Positions 1 through 9,545 of a stretch of 15,313 bases of DNA are shown here, one piece after another. The DNA is from Paraspadella gotoi (lineage: Eukaryota > Animalia > Chaetognatha), in NCBI GenBank assembly GCA_051294375.1, contig CM119270.1, forward strand, positions 2,478,916 to 2,494,228, given 5' to 3'. Within the stretch, counting starts at the first letter, position 1. Each line of letters opens with the position of its first letter. Position numbers and translations under genes: made by a program. The notes under the pieces were generated by a model, which worked only from the letters and a program-made list of their open reading frames with translations, did no database searches and was not told the origin of the DNA.

Positions 1-336
1 CAAAGTCGTTTTCATAAGGAGTCATAGTCAATTAGTCATTTTTATAATGAAATGGGTACTACCAATATAAAATTGTCCATTAATTTCAATCAAGACTCTC
101 TCCTTATCTCGTTCATTCACTCTCAGGGTATAGTCGGTATCGTCGTAATAATTATTTGAAATTGGAACAATTTTGACTAATGAATAAGATCTGTCATTAA
201 TTTTTGACGATTTGATGTCGCTGTTTATAGACATTTAAATAAAAATAAAAACCCATTTTTAATGAAGAGGCAAAGAAAAACATCAACCCATTGGTGTCGG
301 AGATTCTGATGTAGTCTCACAAGTCACAACTCTCAC

Positions 337-446
337 CTGTGGTGACTGGAGAATCGCCATTGTGATGAGAGCGATGTAGGAGTAAGGGGGTTTCACTAGA
401 TTCGTCTTTTTCGATTTGGAGGAGGATTGTCCGCCCGCGGCGAGAC
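337..446 (-). CDS. FoxD: Exon of a FoxD-class forkhead transcription factor (N-terminal part of the forkhead domain); gene continues beyond the left edge of the window
   Basis: Manual minus-strand translation gives (G)LAAGGQSSSKSKKTNLVKPPYSYIALITMAILQSPQ. LVKPPYSYIALITMAILQSP is the start of the FoxD (FoxD3/fd59A-type) forkhead domain. A pyrimidine-rich acceptor ends ...ccaatcag| before 446, and the donor after 337 is CAG|GTGAGA. The exon is 110 nt, phase 1 to phase 0. An alternative acceptor (ctctcag|) exists before 564. Confidence 0.9.
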
Positions 447-485
447 CTGATTGGATGGTCGGGGAGAAGTAAAGGAAAGGGTAAG

Positions 486-510
486 NNNNNNNNNNNNNNN
501 NNNNNNNNNN
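486..510. other. Assembly gap, 25 N. Other gaps: 3621-3863, 9415-9439 (25 N), 11471-11495 (25 N), 13866-14374, 14926-15114
   Basis: These are N runs. This gap has gtaag on both sides, suggesting overlapping contig ends. Confidence 0.98.
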
Positions 511-1269
511 GTAAGTGAGGAGGGGCCCAACGTACTGTGATAAAATTGAGTGACAACAACGGACCTGAGAGAAGAGACAATAGAGACAAGAAGGGAGGAG
601 ACACGGAGAGACATAAGAATATTTTAAGAAAGATGAGGAATGATATGATTACCCACCACTTAAAGTCCGTCCTAAATCTTTTTGGTGTTTTTGATGGATC
701 GTGGGGTTAAGAAAAAAAAAACCTTTCTGTGGATTTTTTTCGCAAAGCTGTCCTCGTAAAGTAATCCAATAATAATTAATTATAAGTTATCTATTTTCCA
801 AACTTCGAGAACCTGAACATTTTACAAAATTCTAATCAGGTGCAGAATTGACAGAAAACTTATACATATTATATTAAAAAAAATAAAATTAAAAAATTAT
901 AGCATTTATGGATATAAAATTTTTGTGTTACCTCAGGACTTCACTCTGTTGCCAATATAACCTCGAGTGTCTTCATGTCGGTGAAACAAGCCGGAAATTT
1001 ATTCTGTATTAATTTATGGTGCAATTTTGTCGGTGATTCCACGGTGCCCAACGCCATGCCCGCGCTGCCAAATATAAAAAAAAAGATTGTGGGAGGTGTG
1101 ACTTAAGTACGTATTCTTTTTTTTCCAAATAATTATAAAATAAAGATATTGATGTGAGGGATTACTTTGTGACTCTAGTTATCTTGTCTCTTTTCTCGCG
1201 ATTTATTTCTCTTTTCATATAATTTATTTTTATACTCGATCAGTTTTTCGAGGTTTGAATTACCGAAAC

Positions 1270-1790
1270 GATCTTCTTTTTTCTTTTTTTGTATTATTCT
1301 TTGTTGTTTGTTGTTTGTTTGTTTGTTTGTTTAGTTTGTTTGTATTGGTATTCTTGTTTGTTTGTTATTCATTTCTTTCTTTCTTTCTTTCTTTCTTTCT
1401 TATCTTTTTTGTCTTCTTTCTTGTGTGTGCTTTCTTTCTTCTTGTCTTTCTTTTCTTTCTTTGCTTCATTGATTTTTCTCTATTTTTTACTCCTTTATTT
1501 ATTTCTTCTTTATGTTTTTTAGAACGTTCCTCTTCTCGTCTCTCTCTCTCTCTCCTCTCTCTCCTCTTCTTTCTCTGCTCTACTCTCTCTCTCTACTACT
1601 CTTTTATCTCTGTCTCTTTTCTCTTTCCTCTCGACTTTCTATCTGTGTTGTGTCTCTTCTCTCTCTCTCTTCTCGTACTATCTCTTCTCTTCTCTCTCTC
1701 CTCATTCTTTCTCTTTATCTTATTTTTTTGATCCTTTTTTATATCACTCTCATCTCATCTCTCCACGATGTCTCTATCATTCACCTCTCT
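1270..1790. repeat. Compound low-complexity tract (TTTG, then TTTC, then CT)
   Basis: Read directly from the sequence; it is the source of the F/L/S-rich ORFs starting at 1255, 1289 and 1512. Confidence 0.9.
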
Positions 1791-2054
1791 TTTTTCTTAC
1801 ACGGTTTTACCGATTTGCCGTTTTCGAAAGCGGGCTCCCGTCTTTCCGTTCCTCGTTATTCCTTCTTTCCGAAAATTACTGTCTTCAACACTGACAACTT
1901 CGAAGATAATATTCTTCTCCAACAGCGTCTCTCTCGTTTGTTCTTCGTATTTGTGGCCCAGCGCTCGGCTCCTTGTGTGGTGTGGCTCATTGAGTATGTG
2001 CATGAGCTTCGTCAGCCTGATCGGAATAAGTTTGATAGATTTCGTCGTCTCTTA

Positions 2055-2101
<47 letters not shown>

Positions 2102-4659
2102 TGAACTAGAACTCCAAATTTTCCGGAAATCTCCGATCCAAACCCTTTTTATAATATTTTTATATTTTTGATAGAGAATACTGGAATTAATGTAAAATTT
2201 TTTAAGCTTTACGTCTAACTTTGGCCCAATGGATGTTTATGAAATCCGACCTCAAAAACACACCAACAATTCCTCTCTCCTTTTTTCAACATCTCTCGCC
2301 TTTTAAGATTTTCGCCGTTTCTTGACTTTCCCTGCTTACAAACTTTATAATTTCCCTCTGCTAGTTTATACTTCTTTTTCCTTTAGATGAGCGAAAGGAA
2401 TCCACAACCTTCTGATCTTTTATAAATTTCTAGGTAAAAAAACTCTATAATTACATTATTTTAACATTGGGATATTGTAAAAGTTTGTAATTGACTTGTG
2501 AGCTCTGTGAAAAGTTTAGTAATTAAAAAACATTGTCCTTATTTTATATTAAAACCTGACATTAAAGTGAACAAGTTGAACACTCTTCTGGCCTCCTTTC
2601 AGTAAACATCCCTGTTCTCTTAATACATAAGATAAATGTTTACTTTTTGCTGGTGGAAAAGAAAGATAAAACTTTAGACTGGGATGGGTGGTGAATAATA
2701 TTTTTGTAGAATTTTGTAAGCATGCTTGTTAAAATCAGACAATGCAATTATTTAAGTGGCTACGAACAGACAGAATGACAGAGACCTCGGCCCTTTGACT
2801 ATTCCTTGAGTAGTGAACTCCCTGACCCTTGATTGCAAAATGATGAATTCGTCCGTAGTGCGCCGTCACACAGGAGGGTTGATGATCTCGTCCAATCGGA
2901 CGATCAACTGGTCGCATGACCCACATTACTCGCTCGAACTCGAGGATGATGTAACGATCTTTAAAGTTTCTTACCAGTCACAGGGATCACTTTTTCACTT
3001 TTTTTTTTCTGACCTTTGAATGACAAATCCTATTAATATCCATCTCACTCCCCTGCTAATACCTTCCTTACTTAGATTTAATTAGACGTTTAATAAAGAG
3101 AAATATAATTCTCATTCCCTGCTAATACCTTCTATACTTTTTCGTAACTAATTTTGCCTTCGGTTAATTTAATTTCTCTCATTTATACTTCTCCCCTCCT
3201 ACCTCACTTTTTCTCATATCGCTTTCCACCTCCTACCTCACTTTCGCATTATATTCTCGTCCTAGAGAGAGAGATACTATTTTCATCTTCAATAAAGTTT
3301 TTTTACGATGTAAACGAAATCGTGTTAGACTTTTTTTTACCTTTTAAATTTTGAAAATGTTTAAATAAAAAAGAACGATAACTTAAAATAGAGGCGGAGG
3401 AAGAGGAGGAGGAGAAGGAAATAGAGGAATAGGAGGAGGAGGAAGAGGAGTTCTCAAATCTGATTGGTTGAGAATCTTAAGAGAGAATCCTAAGAGAGAT
3501 TTAAAGTTCCTCTTTCAGTTTGACTTACTTTCTTTTACTAACCATTGACATTGTCTCAATTCTACGTTTAGTAGTACGGAAGACTTTGTTTTAAGAGTGT
3601 AAGAGAGAGAGAGAGAGAGANNNNNNNNNNNNNNNNNNNNNNNNNNNNNNNNNNNNNNNNNNNNNNNNNNNNNNNNNNNNNNNNNNNNNNNNNNNNNNNN
3701 NNNNNNNNNNNNNNNNNNNNNNNNNNNNNNNNNNNNNNNNNNNNNNNNNNNNNNNNNNNNNNNNNNNNNNNNNNNNNNNNNNNNNNNNNNNNNNNNNNNN
3801 NNNNNNNNNNNNNNNNNNNNNNNNNNNNNNNNNNNNNNNNNNNNNNNNNNNNNNNNNNNNNNNGAGAGAGAGAGAGAGAATCTAAATTGAAGAATTTGAA
3901 TCTGGGGGAAAAAAGGAATTAAAACGAAAGAGTCAACCATCCAATCAGCGAAGTGGAGGCGATTTTCCATAAATAAGAATTTAAGATTAACTTTGGCTAC
4001 GACTAAACATTTCTTAAGACGACGACGACGACGACGATAACAACGATAACAGCGCTCCCTTTTATGTTCCCCTTTGTCGTCCCCGTATCGCAATCGGCGA
4101 GAAGAAAGATTGTTTTGGCCAAATTCCCAAAGAAAAACAAACAATGAATTCCTGTAACCTCGAGAGATTTTGTTTACAAACAAAAACATTCTCCCCCCAG
4201 CTTCACCCCTCTTTCCCCCCCTCCTCGATTTTTTCTTGTTCTTCGGTTAAAGAAAAAAGAAATCTGGCGAATTCGACAGAAAAACAAAAGAGGAAAGCGC
4301 GAATCTGCCTCCCTCGGCCGTGCGCACACCTGCCGGTCGCGGCGAATAACTAAAAAGGGATAAAAAAGAAACAAAACAACAAGATTTTCGATCTTTGATT
4401 GTTTACTCTTTTTTTTGGTTGGGGGTTATACGTCGTTTTAAAACTAGAGTTACTCTTGAGGGGAAAAATCGCCCTACACACAGACACACACACATTGGAG
4501 AGCATGCGGGAACTAGAAAAATTAAGTTAAAGAAAGACAAAAAAAAAAACAATAGAGAAAAAGATTATAAGGATTTCAGGTTGGTTTTTTTTTTGGGGGG
4601 GGGGAAAGGCTCAGTTTTCCTGAGTTTCAGTTTATCTGCCCTCTTGTATTTTTTAAGAT

Positions 4660-4865
4660 TTCTTCCTTGTTCTTTTTTTTTTTCTTTTTTATGATTATTC
4701 TTTATTTCTTTCCTCTTTCTTTCTTCTTTCTTTTTTCTTTCTTTCTTTCTTTCTTAATCGTTTTCTTTCTTTCTATCTTTACTTTTTTCTTTTTTTCTCA
4801 CGCTTCTTTCTGTTCTTCTCTTCTCGTCTGCTCTATTTCTTTTTTCTCTCTACCTATTCTTCTCT
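4660..4865. repeat. TTTC/CT polypyrimidine tract
   Basis: Read directly from the sequence. Confidence 0.85.
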
Positions 4866-4868
4866 CAC

Positions 4869-4925
4869 CGCCAGTAGTCGCCGAAAGACTCATTCCAGAT
4901 TCGTCAAAATTAGATCCCTGTTGTT
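4869..4925 (-). CDS. Candidate 57-nt upstream exon of the FoxD gene (xQQGSNFDESGMSLSATTG)
   Basis: A long pyrimidine tract and ...caaacag| acceptor precede it, and a GCG|GTGAGA donor follows. The frame is open, phase 1 to phase 1, so it would join the 446-337 exon in frame. It contains an in-frame ATG (MSLSATTG). Support is splice signals and phase only. Confidence 0.4.
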
Positions 4926-4939
4926 CTGTTTGAGGCGCG

Positions 4940-5150
4940 GAGAAATAGAGAGGGGGGCGTCGGGGGAGAGAGAGTGGGGAAGATTAGTAATAGAGAAGGG
5001 AGGCTGGGGGGAGGCGACAGGTGGGGGTAAGATTAGAAATTAGAGAGCGGGGGCGGTGGGGAGTGAGAGGAGTGGGGGAGATTAGAAATAGAGAGGGGGG
5101 CTGGGGGAGGAAAGTGGTGGGGAGGATTAGGAATGGTGAGAGAGATTAGG
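4940..5150 (+). repeat. G-rich ~45-49 bp minisatellite (GATTAGAAATAGAGAGGGGGCTGGGGGAG...GTGGGGGA)
   Basis: GATTAG anchors fall at 4982, 5031, 5080 and 5125, with a partial unit from ~4940. Each unit has several G4-G6 runs. Confidence 0.8.
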
Positions 5151-5548
5151 AGTGAAGAAGGAAGGTTGGGATTAATTTTTTCCTGGAAAAGTTTTGGGAA
5201 AACCATGAAAAAGAGCGGGAAATAGGGTAAGTTCTGGTGCTGGTAACAAGGCTCAATGACCATATGACCATATGGTGAAATAATGCCAGGAAATTAGTTA
5301 TAATGAAAGACGGCAAAAAAGACGGTAATGATGCCAAAGAGAGATCGAGATGATGGTACAAAGAAAGAGAAGAGATGGCAATAAGAGACGGAAACAATGA
5401 TGAAAGTGATAAAAACGATGACAAGGTAAGTTAATCAATCAATAGTAAGTTTAATCGATCCATTTCTCTTGTCAGAGAAACGAGTCACCTCCGGCGCTAT
5501 CTCGAAAAAAGAAAAGACGCCGGCGTTGGTCATTTCGGCGGCGTCAAC

Positions 5549-5564
5549 GTGACGTCACTTCCGG
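5549..5564 (-). promoter_or_regulatory. Overlapping ETS-CRE composite site CCGGAAGTGACGTCAC in a CpG-rich promoter-like patch (~5480-5640)
   Basis: The plus strand reads GTGACGTCACTTCCGG, a perfect CRE palindrome TGACGTCA overlapping the ETS core CCGGAAGT. The surrounding sequence is CpG dense. Confidence 0.6.
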
Positions 5565-5722
5565 CCTCAAAATTGCGCGTCAAAGTCACGAACGCGCGCG
5601 ACGCCCGACGTCAAACGAGAAAACTATCGCCCATAAATATTCATGCTTCCAATTCCGTGGAGGGAAATTGAAAGGGCGAGCGATCTTTTTTCGTATCATC
5701 AAAAATTCAGTCCCCTTTTTAG

Positions 5723-5890
5723 TTCTCTTTCTCTCTCTCTCTCTCTCTTGTCTCATGTGTCCTCCTCTCTTCTGTCTCAGTCGTCTCTCTCTCTCTCTCT
5801 CTCTCTGCTCTCTCTCTTCTCTCTTCTCTCGTCTCTCTCCTTGCACTCTGCTCTCTGCTCTGGCTCTCTGCTCAACATCTTCTCTCTTCA
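5723..5890. repeat. Imperfect (CT)n tract
   Basis: Read directly from the sequence. Confidence 0.9.
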
Positions 5891-7157
5891 TTCCGCATTT
5901 TCTTTTTTTGCTCTCGTCGGCGAACTTTGCCCATTTTGTTATGATTGACAAGAGAAAGAATTGGTTTCTATGGCAACGATTTTCTCTTAACCTCTCCGAG
6001 TTCCTTCGCGTGGCTTTCTTTCTTCCTTGCCCAGCCCTACCCAGCCTTACCCAACCCCTACCCTATGTTCCCCTTTTTGCGAAATGGAATTTCTCGCGTG
6101 GAGAGGCGAAGGTCTTTTCTTCTCCATAAAAAATAACTTACCTTTTAGACGCGAAGTGGAATTTCGACTCACAACGAAACCGATTTGGTTTTTAACTGAT
6201 CACCTTCCGTCTCTGACTTCGTAAATGTGACAGTCACTAATCTTTTTCCTAAATGCTTAACGCCCAAACCGATAGCCTCTGCATGTAAGTGAAAATCAAT
6301 TATTCATTCGGCATAAGCGAAAGTTATAAAAAACTAAGCATCTTGTAAATTTTTCTAAGATCTTTTTTAAACTGAAACGTAAGTTTAAACTTTTCAATTC
6401 GCTTTTTAATTTGTTTTCTAGCTATTTCTTTATATTTCATACGTCGCCATAAAATTTGAATGTAATAAAGATAAAAAAAGAAACTTTATCCAAAGACTTC
6501 GCCCAACCCGAGAATAAATAAAAAAAAAAAAAGTTAAAAAAAAAGATCCGTTTTTTTTTTCAAGTTTTTCCAGTTATTCTTTAGATTCTCCTTCTCCCTT
6601 TCATATTCCATTGGCCTTCTTGGCCTCAGCGAAAATTTCTTTCAACTTGGCGTGAAAGGCTGAGACTCCTCCCCCTTTCCTCTCTCTCTCTCTGAGAGAG
6701 AGGAGGTGTGGGAGCTCCAGCCAGGGAGCATACTTACCATAAGAAGACCGGCGCCCCTTCACTAGCAGCATGAGTCGTGGTCTAGTTGAAATATATAATT
6801 ACACAACTCCTTCATATAGCATGAACAGCATGACAAAGATCTCAACAAGGCGTCACCGAATAATAGATATATATAGGATAGCCTAGAGACGAGCGTGAAT
6901 GCAGATTCAGACGCCATGTACAGCCCGGGTTTGGGCGTCTAACGCCGAGCGGGTATGAAACCGCCGGCTAGTCAGCGCGGAGGGGTGTTTCTGGTAAACA
7001 GAGAAAGTTTGATCAATGAGGATAATTATAACCTATATATAATAATCATTAGAGAAAACTCGCAGTTTTCTTTTTATAGAGATATATAATAGATATATTT
7101 ACAAAGATAGATATGTATAATTTTTAGGAGAGATATAGCGTAAGAAGAGAAAACTCC

Positions 7158-8969
7158 TTATATATATAGACCGAAGATATAAGAAGCAGATAGCAGACCC
7201 CAGAGCACCGGAGTGTCATCAGGCAGAACATCCAACGTCCCTGGGAAAGAATACCGCATTTGATATATACCGGTTCCGGCGATACTTGTTGGCAGATAGA
7301 GAGAAAGGCGTTTCTGAAGCATGAAGGTAGTAACGACCAAAAGCTATTGAGCACGCCCAGATGGCGAGGAATATTGTTGAGCACATCAGATCCAGTTCAA
7401 CTTTCGCGCAGAACGCGGCGCAAGATGAATAACTAGATCTCCCTTCGGCGAGACCAGCTCGCTAGATATGACCTTCTCATCTTTTTCATATAAATCATCA
7501 CATCTCTTACCATATAGTTCTGACAACAGATAGAGAGAGATAAAAATGTCGGAGATCGAAGCGATTTCCATCTCGTCGCTTTCGCCGCAACTCTTCTAAT
7601 GGGATTTACTTGAAGTTTGAAATTTGCACGAAATCAGTCGGCTTCTGGCGAAACCCGGCTCAAACACCCAACCAACCCAGGACGTAAAAAACACGTTCAT
7701 CAGTCGGGGCGTCAGAAGCTCTTTGTTGACGGCCCGCATCGAGAATCTGAAGACGGCATCCTCGTCGATTAAAGGTTTTCGGCAGAAACCCAACACCGCT
7801 ATCCGGCATCCGCCACGAGCTGCCGTAGCGGCGTAATCAGGGGGAACAGAATATCACAGAGTCGGCGGCCCGCGTAGACCGTGGCGAAATACGAGAGAGG
7901 AATGTTTGTTGATATCCTTAAACGCGAAGTGTATCGTCGACGGCCGGTGATGAGCTCAGATGGAAAGAGGAAGAGAACTTTATCTTCAAGAGTCGTGGAG
8001 GCCGGTAAGAACGGCCGGCATCGCGACGACCCAGGAATCCGCCGTCGGGATGGTTTGAAAACGCCGGAGACTGGATCTCGGTTCTTCGGGGTTCTCAAGC
8101 ACTCCGGCGTCGTCGTCATCCTTGTTGCGACGAATCAAAAACGTCCTGTCGAATGCATGCTTTCAACCGATGATGCATGCGCGACTTGAATAAGAATCAA
8201 CTCGCAAATTGAGATAGCGGCGTTCCCATGGGCTTCTGTTGAGGCGATAGAGGGAAATCCGACAGAACTTTAAGCCATCCTTCATCTTCTGCGGAGATTG
8301 CAGATGAATCGTCCGTAGAACACGTTAGCTACGCAACTTTCCGCGTTGGTATCGCTGGTTACTTTTTGGTCGAAGCCGCTACTGGTCTGTCAACGATGCC
8401 AAATGAGCCAGAATGCGCGTTGGTGAGATAGGAAATTACTACGTCCGCTAAGGAGGGCTCGTGGGAATTTTAAAGCCAGTCGCTTGAGAGAGTGTCCTAA
8501 ACATCTCGGTGACATTTTGGGAGAGGGTATAGTGTCGGATCGCCAAGAAGTTGTCGATATTTCTCGTGGCGCTCGACTAACGCAATTCAAATCGTTCTTA
8601 CACGACGGCAAGTAACAAAAAGACGCGAAAGGGGAGTCCCGCTGAAAGACGGCTTTCGGGCGTTCGAGAGTTTCTCGGCGACATATATTGCTCGGAGCTT
8701 ACGTCTTCCGTTCCTATTCGTCGCCGCGATGGCGCAGATGACGGCGTTGAACATCGAAGGAAGGCTTCGCGAAGTTCGGTGGCAGCCAAAAACGCAAAGA
8801 CGAAGAGTAAACGAGTCGAACCGGCTTCAGATCTCACTGCCAATATTCGAGGAAGGAGCGGCGATGCACAATAATCCGTCAAACGATTTAAAAATACGGT
8901 TCGAACGGCGTCGTCGCTAAGTCCGAGGATGGTCCTATCGTCTGGAGGCGAGTTTTCACGGGTGTCGCT
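7158..8969 (-). pseudogene. Frameshift-broken ~600-codon coding-like region, possibly a Mab-21/cGAS-like (cGLR) nucleotidyltransferase; either a true pseudogene or indel-rich assembly
   Basis: This is a high-complexity, GC/CpG-richer island among simple repeats. Protein-like segments chain across frames: SDDAVRTVFLNRLTDYC..., AHSGSF (~8418-8401), SDTN (~8356-8345), EDEGWLKV, AARGGCRIAVLGFCRKPLIDEDAVFRFSMRAVNKELL (~7823-7713), and YSFPGTLDVLPD, with a stop at 7158. The family call is from motif resemblance by eye only. Confidence 0.4.
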
Positions 8970-8974
8970 CTATT

Positions 8975-9060
8975 CCTCTCTCTCTTTCTTCTTCTCTCTC
9001 TCTCTCCTCTTTCCCCTCCCTCTCTCTCTCTCTCTTTTTTCTCTTTCTCTCTCCTCTCTC

Positions 9061-9092
<32 letters not shown>

Positions 9093-9332
9093 CTCTCTCA
9101 CCTCACCAAGCTTTCACTTTTTAAAAATTTCCTCCCCTTTTTAATATCCGGCCATTTAGGAGGCTGCTTCTCACCACCTCTTCCACACCCACCCCTCTCT
9201 CTCTACTTCCTCCGCCTTTTCAAGCTTCCCCCCCCGGGGGGAGAGGCGCGTTCTCTGTTGTATTATCTCGGCGGATTTCATGCAGCGTCGCGCGAGGAAA
9301 ATGAATAATATTATTCTCTCAATCATCCTATG

Positions 9333-9373
<41 letters not shown>

Positions 9374-9545
9374 AGAGGAGAGAGAGAGAGAGAGACGAGA
9401 GAGAGAGAGTAGGCNNNNNNNNNNNNNNNNNNNNNNNNNCGTCTCTCTCTCTCTCCTCTCTCAGTCATTCTCTCTGCTCTCATCTCCTCTCTCTCTCTCT
9501 CGTTCTCCTCTCTCTTTTGTGTGTGTTTCTCTTTATCTCTCTGCT
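8975..9545. repeat. Alternating (CT)n (8975-9100), (GA)n (9337-9409) and (CT)n (9442-9545) tracts around a 25-N gap
   Basis: Read directly from the sequence. Confidence 0.85.

Noticed and set aside
28-234. 68-aa minus-strand ORF (MSINSDIK...) preceded by TAAATG, with a faint FN3-like DTDYTLRV
   Set aside because: It is short with no convincing domain and lies in the presumed FoxD intron. TAAATG is expected by chance in AT-rich DNA. It is not the forkhead continuation.
317-614. ORFs 317..604 and 396..614 with FN3-like snippets (ITVRWAPP, GPSSLTLSFTSP)
   Set aside because: These are alternative frames over the FoxD exon, and the third frame gives an unambiguous forkhead motif.
1255-2171. Long F/L/S-rich 'membrane protein' ORFs
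   Set aside because: They are translations of TTTG/TTTC/CT microsatellites. The same applies to the ORFs at 4667, 5586-6129, 8929, 9328, 11215 and 13203.
2735-3019. Higher-complexity island with short ORFs on both strands
   Set aside because: I found no recognisable domain, consistent frame or matched splice pair. It may be a decayed coding or transposon fragment but cannot be supported.
3044-3244. Two pairs of exact 16-bp direct repeats (ccctgctaataccttc at 3051 and 3117; cctcctacctcacttt at 3195 and 3229)
   Set aside because: Each has only two copies, consistent with local slippage duplication; there is no array.
7053-7075. Hairpin AGAAAACT-cgc-AGTTTTCT followed by a T run (terminator-like or Helitron-end-like)
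   Set aside because: The context is eukaryotic, the stem is AT-rich and weak, and no CTRR terminus follows at the expected distance.
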